Shown piece by piece: positions 1 to 13,429 of a stretch of DNA of 64,000 nucleotides. The position numbers and the translations under genes were made by a program. Origin of the DNA: Eledone cirrhosa (lineage: Eukaryota); NCBI GenBank assembly GCA_964016885.1, contig OZ024741.1, positions 298,282,001-298,346,000 on the forward strand. Reading direction: 5' to 3'. Positions within the stretch are counted from its first letter, which is position 1. Each line of letters starts with the position of its first letter. The notes under the pieces are model-generated. The model had not been told where the DNA came from. It did no database searches and saw nothing but the letters and a program-made list of their open reading frames with translations.

Positions 1-174
1 TAGGTAATCTGCAAAAAATCGTCTCCAACACAAGGGAAAAGGAAAACAAAATCGCTTGTTTTTCTCTGTCAAACAACTGGACAGGAAAAATAATGCATCC
101 GAGACAACATGTAAAGGAGCAACTAACCGAGCGATGTCATTAACAAGGTATAGGCAGGGAATTTAAAACTAAAA

Positions 175-236
175 CCAATATGGTGGACGATTTCGCGCCC
201 AAAACACTATTGATGAAGAAGAAAGCCGCCATCTTG
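175..236. promoter_or_regulatory. Promoter-like motif cluster: CCAAT box, E2F-like site, YY1 site
   Basis: CCAAT at 175-179, TTTCGCGC at 191-198 and GCCGCCATCTTG (YY1 consensus) at 225-236, ~2 kb upstream of the host ATG. A strong donor CAG|GTGAGT at 622/623 could close a 5' UTR exon. Motif match only. Confidence 0.4.
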
Positions 237-1911
237 TCATCCTCAAACATTTTAGCCAGAGAAAAGAAGAAAAGAAGAAAAAACATTAATAAAATTGTTG
301 TTTTGCTAGGAAACTAGCGCCAATATCATCTTATTTTTTTTTTTTGTGTTTGTGTGTAAATAAATGGAATGTTCGCTTTGCACATATGAGGAGTTTGATT
401 GTTAAATGTTACAGATAAAGATGCTGAAATCAGTAAAATACAGCCAGATCAGAATGAAGCGTGTTGTTCTGTATTAAATGTTTTTTCTTTCTTTTTTTTA
501 TATACATATGGTACCGTTTCCCATTCTTTTTTTTTTCTCGGTGTCACCAATTTAGAATGTTGGTATCAGTGTATATATATTATTAAAGTAGAAACAATTA
601 TTAAGAATGATAATAAATGCAGGTGAGTGTTGTGACATGGTTTTACTTCACAGAAGTCAAATAAATTAATAGAAATAATTGTTACTACATGTTGATGGTC
701 AGTTGGTCACAACTCCCAGACTGGAGAGTGTAGAAAAAGAGAGAGAGAAGACAGGAGTCATCTCTTGACAAGGTCTGAAGTGGTTCTTCTTGCTGCGGCG
801 TAGGAAGTGAGAGAGTTAATGCCTTGATGTTCTCAAATATATAGTCCCCAGGGGGACGCAACTCCATTTAGTACATGGATCTGCCACTGGGAGTCGCGAC
901 CGTCACAAAGGGACGCAACTCAGCTACAGTCCTCTTCCACTGCCCCCAATAGCGTCATAAATGTGACTGCAGATAGTCACATGAATAAGCTACGGGTGAG
1001 GGACATGCGATTTCTGAGGCGTTTAAGTTTGTGAGTTTGGCCCCTGAGAAAAGTATGGATTTAGCATAACATTCATTTTCTTAATAAGATTTATTCTAAT
1101 GTCCTTAAATTCTTAAAAACTTCATTAATAAGTCAGTTTTATTTCATATTTTAATGAGTGTAATTACATTCAATGGTCTAAAAAGTTGGTGGACCTCTAG
1201 CTTAGGGTGTGATTGATTAGTTACGTGGAGAGACTGCATGTGCTTGCTCCGCCGTCTTCGTTCGGCTAGGATTTCAGGTCCTACCATACCGCTTTCTTTT
1301 GGCAATGTAGCTATATGACTGCTATAGTAGTACTGTAGGTTTAACCCCCCCCCCCCAAAAAAAAACAAAAAACAAAAAAACAAAACAAAAAAAAACAACA
1401 AAAAAAAATAATAAAACAACTTCGGTTCCTAGCTACAAATTTATGATGATGAAGATAAGATTTCCTGATTTTCAAACCGTTTTGAAGGGCATAAAGGATT
1501 AGTAAATAGTGATGTTAAATATCTACAGGTTAGAATTGGGAGTGGGTTACAATTTGAGTTTGAATAAATTTGTTTCTTGTTTAATGAATCCCATCATTAT
1601 TATAATATTATGTGCTGTGGTTTAAACATCCATGTTGATGCAACGATAAAACGCACTCAATACACCCTGTAAAGTAGTTGGTGAGAGGCTGTAGAAAACC
1701 TGCGAAACAAAGGGTTGAGAGGACTCTTCAGTTATGACAACAATATAACAACCTCCTTATTGCTGATAACATGATGAAACGCACGAAGTGTAGAATGGTA
1801 TGTAAGCGAGAAGCGGCCCCACCCAGTCTGAGGAATCTGTGACATCCATTAACTACTGACTTGGTCGGTGACAACTCATTTAGCCATTGCTAGCAGGCTA
1901 ACGGACGTTAA

Positions 1912-1958
1912 ACGACGACGACGGTGACGATGACGACGACGGTGACGGTGACGGTGAC

Positions 1959-2038
<80 letters not shown>

Positions 2039-2060
2039 TGATGATGATGATGACGATGAC

Positions 2061-2098
<38 letters not shown>

Positions 2099-2112
2099 CG
2101 ACGATGACGATG

Positions 2113-2143
<31 letters not shown>

Positions 2144-2153
2144 CGATGACGAC

Positions 2154-2187
<34 letters not shown>

Positions 2188-2203
2188 GTAGTGATGATGA
2201 TGA
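1912..2203. repeat. (GAT/GAC)n compound trinucleotide microsatellite
   Basis: Seen directly; source of the spurious poly-His, poly-Met and poly-Ile ORFs. Confidence 0.95.
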
Positions 2204-2295
2204 TATTTGTGCTCCCAGTCATGATATGTCATATGCTGGAATATAGCATATATGTAGTGAAAGGATTTTAAAAATTATTTATTTTCGCAGTTACC

Positions 2296-2401
2296 ATGGA
2301 GGGCTTTCAAAGATCGAGCATCTTCCTGCTCTGCATGATGGCAGCAACGATGACCAAAGTATTCTGTCATGAACCTTACTCCAGCCCAAGTAAATCAATG
2401 G
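2296..2401 (+). CDS. Host gene coding exon 1 (signal peptide), secreted/membrane LolA/ependymin-like repeat protein
   Basis: Acceptor TTTTCGCAG ends 2290; Kozak-like ACCATGG; MEGFQRSSIFLLCMMAATMTKVFCHEPYSSPSKSM; donor G|GTATGT, phase 1, matching the next exon. Confidence 0.8.
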
Positions 2402-2557
2402 GTATGTTTATCGTACAGCATCATTTCATTTAGATAATTACTTAATGTAAATATTATAAGATAGCCCTTTACTCTTTTGAGGAAGCATTTCATTCAAACG
2501 CCGCCTAATTTTGAAATTAATCAAATAAAACGTTTGATCCAATGTACTTATTTTACA

Positions 2558-2710
2558 GGCGGCGAATTGGCATGGTCATTAGAACCTCGAATAGAATGCT
2601 TTATTGTATTCGTCTCGGATCTCTGAGTTCAAATCCCGCCTAGGTCGACTTTGCTTTCCATCCTTTCGAGGTGGATAAAAAAAGTACCAGTCTAGTACTT
2701 GGGTCAATTC
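2558..2710 (+). mobile_element. tRNA-derived SINE, family 1
   Basis: A-box-like head, B box GAGTTCAAATCC, then GTCGACTTTGCTTTCCATCCTTTCGAGGTGGATAAA..GTACCAG. This core recurs many times in the window and resembles the Meta/MESC SINE central domain (from memory). Confidence 0.8.
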
Positions 2711-2924
2711 TTCCTCTATATCTCTTTCTCATTTATTCTCTCTCACTTTCTATCTTTCTCTGGAAGAAATCTGTTGTACTCAGGCCTGGTGAGGGATGGG
2801 CTCCGTCAGGTTTAAAATGCCGAAGAAACGCCTTATGTCAATACGGCACCCTACGACTCTATCAGGAGTTACGGCACAAAAAAAAAAGAAAACATATTTT
2901 AAAGACATTGGAAAGATGAAAAGC

Positions 2925-3315
2925 CAGGTGGATACTTTTAATTAATGATTCTTTCATAGTTACACAATTTTATTTTATCGAACCTAGGAAGGTGAAAAGC
3001 AAAGTTGATTTCAGCAATATTTGAAATCAGAACGTAAAGAGTCGGAACAAATACTGCATGAAATTTTCTCCGACGTGTTAATGATTCTGCCAATTCACAG
3101 CACTTTGAGTAATGATGTATTAAATATTGAAGTGTATTTTTATTGGATTGGCAGTATCGATAGAGGGTCTGACACCATGCTTTGCAGCAAAGAGTTACGG
3201 CCCATTATGGTCTGAGTTCAAATCCCGTCGAGGTTAACTTTGCCTTTCATCCTTACGGGGTCGATAAAATAAAGTACCAGTTATGTACTGAGATAATTGG
3301 TGGCCTTGTGCCAAA
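2925..3315. mobile_element. Two SINE family 1 copies, head to head (- ~2925-3105, + ~3143-3315)
   Basis: Same core, e.g. GAGTTCAAATCCCGTCGAGGTTAACTTTGCCTTTCATCCTTACGGGGTCGATAAAATAAAGTACCAG. Confidence 0.8.
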
Positions 3316-3552
3316 AGAAAAGTAGAGTAAATCTTGGTGACAAAATGTTATAACGAGATGTAAATAAACAATAAAACATGACTAAAATTCAATACCAGAA
3401 TTAGTATATTAAAATTCATCAGCATTTTCATGAGCATGCTACCATTTTTCTCTCTATTTCTTTCACTCTCTCTCACACTCTCTCTCTTCTTGAATCTTAG
3501 AATAACTTGAATGTCTTTCGACTATACATTGCACTTTTCTTACTCATTTCAG

Positions 3553-3753
3553 ATAGTGTTTTGCCAAAGGAAACTAGCAAATTTCAATTCCAGATAGAAG
3601 TGACAGATGCGATAGCAAACAACAGCAGGCAGATGGTAGAATTTTATGATGGTACAAGAAACCAAGGTTTAATGTACTTGCGTGGGGCTGATGAGACCTT
3701 AATTTACTACAATTTTGCAAATTATGAAGTTAGAACAGTTTTACTTAGAACAA
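3553..3753 (+). CDS. Host gene coding exon 2
   Basis: TTTCAG| ... A|GTGAGA; phase 1-1; (D)SVLPKETSKFQFQIEVTDAIANNSRQMVEFYDGTRNQGLMYLRGADETLIYYNFANYEVRTVLLRT. Confidence 0.85.
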
Positions 3754-4204
3754 GTGAGATTTTACTTTATTCATACAACAGTAGTACTCGTAAAAATAAT
3801 GAGTTTTATTTCTATCCCTTTAAGTAAATCTTAATGTTTGTACTTTAAAATTTACTTCATTTTCTTTTTTCATTTGTTTTCGTTTAGTTGTTAATTTTGC
3901 CCCCACCCCCGCCACACTCTATTTCATTATCTTTATCTGTCTATATATTCTCATCATTTCTCTCTTAAAGAAAATCTTCCCCCGCTTCTCTTTATTTCCA
4001 AATGATATCATACACAAAATTTCCCCTTTTTTCTATATCTTTCACTCTCTCACTCTCCATACTTCTATGATTTTATCATGTTACCTCTTTAACTCTCCTT
4101 ATCTATTGTAGAACTTCATCTTTACTTTTTTCTACGTTTATTTTTTTTTATCCGCGCTATTTCTTCTTCTTTGACTCTTTTTTCCTATCGTTCGGTCATT
4201 TATT

Positions 4205-4545
4205 ATTGACTCATGGAATGAACTTCAACTGGTTTCCAGATGTTTGATCAACAGAACAGTCTGTTCATGCAATTAATGTGTAAGCATTACACAGACACGC
4301 GTATCCTTAACGTAACTCTCAAGGAGATTCAATGTGACACAGTGAGTGAAAAGTTGACCTTATTTTGAATTATAGGTACAGTCCATCCGACAGGCTGCCA
4401 AACAGTTTCCGTCTACCCAGTTTTACTCACAAGGCATGGGTTGACCAGGGGTTATGGTAAAACACTTGCCCAAGATGTCGCGTAGTGGGATCGAATACGG
4501 AACCTAATGTTATTGAAACGAACTTCTTAACTGTTCGGCCATACT
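4205..4545 (-). mobile_element. tRNA-derived SINE fragments, family 2 (CORE-like)
   Basis: Minus strand TGGTTAAGAAGTTCG...TTCGATCCC...CTTGGGCAAGTG...GCCTTGTGAGT...GGTAGACGGAAACTG. Related sequence at ~5520-5775. Confidence 0.65.
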
Positions 4546-5916
4546 GCGTCTATTGTCTACTCAATTGACTATCTGTCACACTTATGCTGATTACTGGCTA
4601 TTTCTCATTTTCCCTCACCCTTTCTTTATCGACCACACTCTGTCAATCATCTATCATTTCTGTGCAGTATCATTACATTTGATTGTCTTTTGTGACTGTC
4701 ATCTCTATAATGTGTTTTCATTTACACTTAGTTACATTTTTAACATCATGTAACGCAGGAAACCACATTAATAAGCAATTCTTCCAAACTGTAAAACAAC
4801 ATCATGATTATTACATTAAATATTAAAATCTTTACCCTATTGCTGTAAACTTTCACAACTTTTTGTCCGCCAGTAAAGATACTATGAATATTTTTGTTAA
4901 CAAAGTTGTTTTTCGATAGTTTTTGCTAAATCATTACAGGATATTGAGTTATAAAATATAAAGATTTAATAATTGTCTTAGTTTTATTTCAAACCAAAGT
5001 TTTTTTTTGCCTTTTGTTAGCTTTTTTGTACCGGCCACATAAGAAATATTTTTACACCTGGTGTCTAATTTCATCACTTACACATTAAATTGAATAAAAC
5101 CATGCTAAAGCACGAAAACAGTAAAATTAGTATAAATTTAGATTTAGCTATTTAAAATTTCTGAACTTTTTAACACATTATTCGTGTAATTTTGCCGTAA
5201 ATAACATTTTGATATTTTCTTCCACCAGTTGTAGTCAGGTGAATATATGAACAATTAAATAAGGTTTCTGAATTCGAAACCAAGGCATGAATTTTGTCCG
5301 CAGGACGCAGCCGAAACACCGCTCTGACTTAGGTGTAGAGTCTGTCACTCTCTCCCCTTCCCAAGTCCTTACTATTCCCCTCCCTTTTCTCTCATTTATG
5401 GCATTTATAGTCCTTCCCAATTCTGCTTTCTTTTTCTGTATAGTAAACAAGTGTGTAAATAAAATAATTTGCAAGTTAGTGATTTATCAGTTTATTTAAA
5501 ATTTATATGGCAGTTGCGTTGCAGTTTAACCTACAGAACAGCTTACTTGTGTAATTAACCTGTAAAGGGGTAAGTCTTCTACAGGCACGTGCACTGTTAA
5601 CGTAATTCCCAGAGAGATTCAGTGTAACACAGTGTGCGACAAGACAGCCCCTTTAAATTATAGGTACAATTCATTTTTTTTCAGCTGAGTAGACTGAAAC
5701 AACTTGAAATAAATTGCCTTGCACTAGGAAATAACCTGCTTGGAATCGAAATCACAACCTTACAATCGCGAGCCGAAATTTATCCTATAACATTCAAGTC
5801 AGGCAAATGAATCTTATCAATTTTGATGAAAGATAACCAATTTAAAGGTCTCTCTTCCGAGGAAGGACGCTCGGAATAGCTCTAATCTATTTTAACACAA
5901 ATTTATCTCAAAGTTT

Positions 5917-6135
5917 CAGCTGCTTCCTCTTTGCACCGGTCGCTGTCGAGTCCTCAGGCGTCCTGGGATCCTCCGTACAATCGGAATGTCAGTAGCCCAT
6001 CTGAGGAAGAAGCTCCACGAGGTGGGGTGGCTGTTGCAGCGGGTGTCACCGGCCATTGTTCGCAGAATGCCATTGCAGTTTTGTCCGCGACGGCAGCCAA
6101 AAGACCGCTCCGACCTAGGTGTAGCGTCTGTCACC
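5917..6135 (+). mobile_element. 3' fragment of a CRE-type (restriction-like endonuclease) non-LTR retrotransposon
   Basis: Frameshifted reading FAPVAVESSGVLG...EVGWLLQRVSPAIVR.NA..VLS. A shorter copy of the same 3' end lies at ~5288-5350. Confidence 0.7.
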
Positions 6136-6615
6136 ATGTCCTTGCTCTTTCCCTATAGTTCTTTCCTTTAGTTTCCTATACAGCCAGATCCACCCTTCTT
6201 TACTCCTTTCCCCTTTTTTCGTTAATTAATTTCATTTTTATCGTTTTTAATATTTCCATCATTGTATAACTTTTGATTATAAAATACAGTTGACATAAAT
6301 TAAAAAAAAATATTCAAAACAAAAACAAAACAAAAATAAAAATAACGATTTACCAGTTTATTTTATCCCTCGGATAATAAGCCGCATGAAACAATCCCCG
6401 GTACTAGTAATTTTATCTAAGAACTCTTGTTAGGCTATATTCCAAACATCAGCTTAATATTTAGAAAATTAGTTGTATTTATAAATCACATAAAATTTTC
6501 AATTATTTTTTTAAATACTTTGAAAATCATAAATAATGTCTTTTATTAGAAATAGAGTAACGAAAAAGTTAAAATCTATATGGCTATAGTGAAACTAATT
6601 CTATATTTATTACAG

Positions 6616-6834
6616 GCAAATGTACCGTGTCAACTTTAATAGATGATACATTCTATGCGATCCCGGGGCCTAATAGACATGTCATTTCTGGAGTAGCAGC
6701 ATTGTTCTTCAAAAGTCCAACACTTAAGTTAACATATTCAGGCACCACTCAGGTTCGAGGCATCTGGTGTCACCATTGGAGTGGTAGTATGACAGAGAAA
6801 AACGGCCATTTTGAATTGGATTATTACTTCTCAC
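6616..6834 (+). CDS. Host gene coding exon 3
   Basis: TTACAG| ... C|GTAAGT; phase 1-1; (S)KCTVSTLIDD...YSGTTQVRGIWCHHW...LDYYFS. Confidence 0.85.
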
Positions 6835-6988
6835 GTAAGTTATTACTATTTTATAAGATTTTTGTTTTTTAGTTATAACTACAAAAGGAAACGTCTCTCA
6901 ATATCCCACACTCGGAGACTGAAAACCCTAAATCATTTTTGTTTGTTTGTTTGTTGGGTTGTTTGTTTCTTTCTTTCTGTACATCTCA

Positions 6989-7065
<77 letters not shown>

Positions 7066-7322
7066 CTTCTTTCTCTCTTCCTTTTCTACTCTATCTTCCC
7101 CAATACATATCATACACCAGGGCATTGCTTACGCACATCCCGTTTGATCTTCTCGTGCTCTGTGTGTCTGTCCTCAAAATTAGGGACCCCATCATTCACA
7201 ATTCCAAGCCAAGTTTCTCTTTCAAGAGCTTCTATCTCCCAAACAGCCAGCATCAAACCAGTTTTTTTCAATGATTCCTTTACACAATCCTAGAATCGGA
7301 CACACACACACACATATATATA

Positions 7323-7633
7323 TGCAATCGGGAGGTTGTGAGTTCGATTCTCAGACCCGGTGATGCCTTGTGTTCTTGAACAAGAGACTTCATTTCACGT
7401 TGTTCCAGCTTACTCAGTTGCAGAAATGAGTTACGAAGTCACTGGTGTCAAGCTGTATCGGCCATTGCTTTTCCCTTGGACAACATCGGTGGCGTGGAGA
7501 GGGGGTGACTGGTATGCATGAACGACTGATAGTCTTCCACAAACAATCTTTCCCGGACTTGTGCCTCGGAGGGGAACTTTCTTGGTGCAAATCCCATGGT
7601 TATTCGTGACCAAACGGGGTCTTTACCCTTTAC

Positions 7634-7637
<4 letters not shown>
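7323..7637 (+). mobile_element. tRNA-derived SINE, family 3
   Basis: GGTTGTGAGTTCGATTC B box, TTGTGTTCTTGAACAAGAGACTT CORE-like block, (CCCTTTA)n tail running into (TA)n. Confidence 0.7.
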
Positions 7638-8081
<444 letters not shown>

Positions 8082-8089
8082 ATATATAT

Positions 8090-8128
<39 letters not shown>

Positions 8129-8413
8129 CATATGTATGATATATATGTGTGTGTATATATGTGTGTGTGTGTGTGAGTGTGTGTGCGCGCGTGTGTATTA
8201 TTAACTCATTAAAAGTTTAAGCAAACAATTGCTACTTTCCCGCTAAGGTTTCAGAAGATGCCAATTAAGGGTGAAAGCATAAATTCTTTGCTCAAACTTT
8301 TAATCTGTGTTAATGATAAATATTTGCTCTACTGGTTTATATATACTATATATATGTGTGTGTGTACAACCCATATCGAGTCCTCTCTGGATTTTGGTCT
8401 TTGTATCTTTTAT

Positions 8414-8546
<133 letters not shown>

Positions 8547-8675
8547 ATGTAAAAACTAGTTAGACCATTACTCACCAGAGTACTCGATACCTTGGGGTAG
8601 CAGAGTGGGTAATATGAAAAATTCGGAACCTCGACAGTTGAGCTAAAGAGCTAGATCCGAACAGGATCCCGAGGT

Positions 8676-8750
<75 letters not shown>

Positions 8751-8921
8751 ATTGACCAATGGGAGGAGATGTCCTTTGACGCTGAAATTCGTTTGTTTAA
8801 ATTCATATGATTCCAGTTCCTCAGTGAAATAACAACACAACCAGGAACTGGGCATATCAGAGTATTGACAAAGTTAAACACCTCAACAACATGTGTACTC
8901 GTCTCTACCACACTAATTCGG

Positions 8922-8976
8922 ACTGTCTGAAGAAGTCACAGCCAAAGATGGCTGTCACCGAAATATATATAGCAGT
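8922..8976 (+). ncRNA. Type-I hammerhead ribozyme motif in a PLE pLTR fragment
   Basis: ACUGU-CUGAAGA-stem II (ACAGCCA/UGGCUGU)-GAAAU-AUAU-AUA|GCAGU, followed by AATAAA. Confidence 0.75.
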
Positions 8977-9262
8977 AATAAACGAAGCCAAATTTTAAAT
9001 ATTTGACTTATTTATTTTAGTTTATTTTACATTACTTCGGAGTAACCAAACCAACCTGCGCACTTCGTCGAGTGTTCCAATTTGCATATTGAGGTGTTGG
9101 TATACAACCAACATACACTAAAAAAAAAAAAAAAAAAAAAAAAGTATATATATATTATATACACGTACATGCACATATATACGCGCATATTGAATCCTTA
9201 TTAGCTGGGAGAAACGTACGTTAAATAACCTTGACATATGTATGTATATACACACACACACA

Positions 9263-9314
<52 letters not shown>

Positions 9315-9369
9315 GTAGTGAAAGAGTAAAGAATAACATGGTCGGCTGTACAAAAAGGGTTTTATTTAC

Positions 9370-9482
9370 AGTATTAACAATTGTTTCATTGATCAAGTGA
9401 GTCTAAAGGTCGCTAATCACTCGAAGTTGCGTCACTCGACTTTAAATACAGTGTGTATTTCTGATCAAATCATCGGAATACT
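9370..9482 (-). ncRNA. Degenerate hammerhead, solo pLTR copy of the 16049 family
   Basis: Homologous to 16049-16145 but the core reads CCGAUGA; 3' flank abuts (TA)n/(CA)n. Confidence 0.65.
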
Positions 9483-9547
9483 GGAGGGTGTAACACATGG
9501 CATTGGTATTTATAGATACATCGGGGAATCAAAACAATAACATCAAT

Positions 9548-9738
9548 AATTGTTTCTACTTTTGGCACAAGGCCAGCAATTACCCAGTGCATTACTGGTA
9601 CTTTATTTTATCGACCCCGTAAGGATGAAAGGCAAAGTTAACCTCGGCGGGATTTGAACTCAGAATGGCAAGGGCCGTAACTCTATACGTCAAAGCATGG
9701 CGTCCGACCCTCTACCGATACTGCCAATCCACCGCCCT
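9548..9738 (-). mobile_element. SINE family 1
   Basis: Reverse complement of the SINE family 1 core and head. Confidence 0.85.
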
Positions 9739-10975
9739 AATAACATCAATAATGAAAGATAATAAAAGATAATAATAAAGAAGTTAGAATGAAAATGATA
9801 AAGATGTAAAAAATAAGTACAGAATACGATTGCTGATAATAGTAGTGGTGGAGGTGGTAGTTGAAGTTACAGTGGTGAGTTAGTGGATGTGTAAAGTAGT
9901 GATGACGGTAGAGATAACAATAACATGAAAAGTAACACTAAATACATGATATGTATAAATGCAAGAGATATGATCAAATATATATATATATATATTTATT
10001 AAAATAACAGATTAAAGTTTAAGCAAAGAATCGCTGCTTTCACCCTTAACGGGATCTTCTGAAACTAACAAAGTCAATCTGTAAACGCAGAAGTGGATAT
10101 TTCAAAAAACGTTGCAACCGGAGGAAGACAGGAAGACGATACTTTGGTTCGTGGAAACGTTCCCTGGCAAAGAACGGGAAAAAACGAATATAATACGTCA
10201 TTAATATGAGCGGTAAAAAACAATTACACGCAAAGACAGGACCACGTTTATGGTATAAAAGAAGTCGTAGACTAATATTGTCTTAGGTGGTTCATAGAGA
10301 CTTTCTCTGGTAATGAACGGAAAAAACGAAGATAATACGTCATATGTGGAGCGTGGAGAACAATTGCACTCAAAGACAAAATCACGTAAATGGTATAGCT
10401 GAAGTCGTAGAGTAAAATTCTAACTAGGAAACCGAATGATTCTCCGCTTCAGAGTTAAGAATAAAGTAAATAAAATACAATACAGAGGTAATTGAAATGA
10501 GATAAATACATACACGCGTCCAAATACGTACATACACAAGCATACGCGAAAACACTCGCTATAGGTATACAAAACCACGCACATATAAATATGTGTGTGT
10601 GTGCGTGTAAACAAATAAATAAATAATTAAATAAACGTATATAAATAAATAAATACGTATATAACAAGCGCACACACATGCCTACATGTAAATACACAAA
10701 TGTTCGGAGACGTACGTCAACCAAAACATGAAGTACACATACACACACCCAACATACGTACGAACCCGCATGCTCACACAGACGCAAAACTCCCGTATAC
10801 ACATAACCAAAAGCATATGTACCAGAATATAATATATATATATATATATATATGATCCCGAGCTGAAGATCCGCGAAGGTGAAGCAATTGTTCTCGGTAT
10901 GGTGAACTAACTGTTGTGTAACCACTTCTATATATATATATATATAAATAAAAGTATGCACACGTACACATATAT

Positions 10976-11059
<84 letters not shown>

Positions 11060-11060
11060 G

Positions 11061-11134
<74 letters not shown>

Positions 11135-11149
11135 TCACAAACATATATA

Positions 11150-11590
11150 CATATACATATGTACATATGGGTTATATATAACATTAATAATAATGTTCGA
11201 TTCGTTTGTAAACAAACGGCCCGATTTAAAGCTGTGCCGTGCCGGTGACCGATCGTCACCTGTTTGTTCAACATTGGCTTTGAGGAAGAATCAACATATT
11301 TCTGGGTCATTACCCTTCATCAGGACTGTATACCTCTGTCAGTCTGTTGAACGGTTGAAAATATGTAGTATTTTCTTAAGTACACACCAGTCAACAGACT
11401 GGCAGAGGTATACAGTCCTGATGAAGGGTAATGACCCAGAAGCATGTTGATTGTTCCTCAAAGCCAGTGTTGAACAAACAGGTGACGATCGGTGACCGGC
11501 ACGGCACAGCTTCAAATCGGGCTGTTTGTTTACAAACGAACATTATTATTAATGTTCGACATAACCTATACGTACATATGTATATGTATG
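11150..11590. repeat. Inverted repeat (~200 bp arms, ~38 bp spacer), each arm carrying a minimal hammerhead
   Basis: Minus arm 11289-11327: AGUC-CUGAUGA-AGGGU AAUG ACCCA-GAAAU AU GUU|GAUU. Plus arm 11414-11452 has GAAGC (broken core). Flanked by microsatellites. Confidence 0.85.
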
Positions 11591-11708
11591 TATGTGTGCG
11601 TATGTATATATATATATATATGTGTGTGTGTGTATGTGCGTGTGCATACTTATATTTATGTAACAGCTGTGCTAGGGTGAGAAATAAAATTCAAATTTTA
11701 TATATATA

Positions 11709-11927
11709 CTAGTGGCTCGTCCGGCTGGCACCCGGCTAGGTATACCTTCCCCCACCACTCCACTGCAAAGATACCACACACCCTGCCGTGTCACATTGTC
11801 CTTCCGACTCTCTCTCTCTGAATAACTAACACTTTAATTGTATCTCTCTGTCTAACGGCCTATCTCTCTCTTTTCTCCCCCCTCTGTTGTTCTGTCTCTC
11901 TCTGTAGATGTGTGTGTGTAGTTTTCC

Positions 11928-11982
<55 letters not shown>

Positions 11983-12003
11983 GATGTGTGTGTATAGTTT
12001 TCC

Positions 12004-12061
<58 letters not shown>

Positions 12062-12319
12062 TGAAGGGAGATACGGAAACTAAAACAGTGTTGTCATATA
12101 GAGAGTGAAGAGCGACAGAGAGAGTAAAGCAGTTAAATTATAGAGAGGGGAATGATCTTACATACATACATGCATACATACATACATACATATAAAGTAT
12201 AGATATGTGTGTGTGTGTTTGTGTATGTGTGTATGTGCATGTGTGTGTCTGTGTGTTTTGTTTTGATGTTATCCGGCAATTGGCGAAATCAGGTGTGAAA
12301 GTATGTGTAATTGTGTGTC

Positions 12320-12414
<95 letters not shown>

Positions 12415-12747
12415 TATGCGAGCGACGACAGAAAAAGTGTGTGGGATACATACATTATTATATTTGTCTGCGTTCTGCAACCATTATATTATGATATTTG
12501 TATCCAAATGATTTTAGATGTATGTATTACCTGCTTTCCCATCCCCTTGTTTCTCTTTCCCCCTCTCTCTCTTTAGATGTGTGTGTGTGTGTGTAGTTTT
12601 CCTAATCTGTCTCTTTCACTCTCTGTCTCGTTAAGAGGGTTGCCTTTTGATGTATGTATTACCTGCTTGTGTGTTGACCGAATTTGAAGGAGGTTATCTT
12701 TTTGAAATAAACATACATACGACGCTCATCTCTATGTTGATATATGA
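11709..12747 (-). mobile_element. Non-autonomous Helitron-like element with internal microsatellites
   Basis: CTAG terminus at ~11709 next to a short GC hairpin (CCGG...CCGG); other end ...ATATATGA (5' TC on minus); internal subrepeats re-occur at 13080-13430. Confidence 0.6.
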
Positions 12748-12789
12748 TATAAATAAGGGGCTTGATGAGTTAATATCTGTATACAACAA

Positions 12790-13075
12790 CTATGACGGTA
12801 CACGATGGGGCCACACCACAGCCCCGTCAGACAGAATGGAGAAAGCGTTTCCCCGGAGGACGGCAAGGGAGACGCGCTGGAAAAGCCACTCCAACTCGCG
12901 GGGCTCACACCTGCGGCTGGCCAGCTCAGCGCCTATGATGGTGAGTAAGGAGGTAGCCCTGGGGCCGAGGACACCAGAAGTCTCCACTGCCAAGGGTACG
13001 ACCGCAAACCTGTCGGAGAGTGACCGGCATTTGAGGAGTTTGGCCCCCTCAGCCCGACGTGCAGCAGAACCTGGG
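12790..13075 (-). mobile_element. 3' fragment of a CRE-type RLE non-LTR retrotransposon
   Basis: LSDRFAVVPLAVETSGVLGP...EPRELEWLFQRVSLAVLRGNAFSIL, the C-terminal RLE signature. Confidence 0.8.
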
Positions 13076-13184
13076 TATATATTGATATATTGAAGGTAGA
13101 TACGGAAAGTAAAAGAGTGTTGTCATACAGAGAGTGAAGAGAGACAGAGTTAAATTATAGTTAAATTATAGAGAGGGTGAAATA

Positions 13185-13228
<44 letters not shown>

Positions 13229-13429
13229 GAGAGAGACGACGACGCTCAGCTTTATAATATTTGAGTGTGAAGAGCGACAGAGAGAGTAAAGCAGTTAAAT
13301 TATAGAGAGAGGGAATGATCTATTATAGAGAGAGGGAAGAGCGATGGAGAGAGTAAACCTAAGAAACTATAGGGAGGTGTGCAGGATACATACATAATAC
13401 ATACACACGACACCCAGCTCTATAATATT

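Noticed and set aside
628-1071. TGTT...AACA bounded segment as a solo LTR
   Set aside because: The flanks (GTGAG vs TTCAT) give no target-site duplication and there is no second copy in the window. Origin unresolved.
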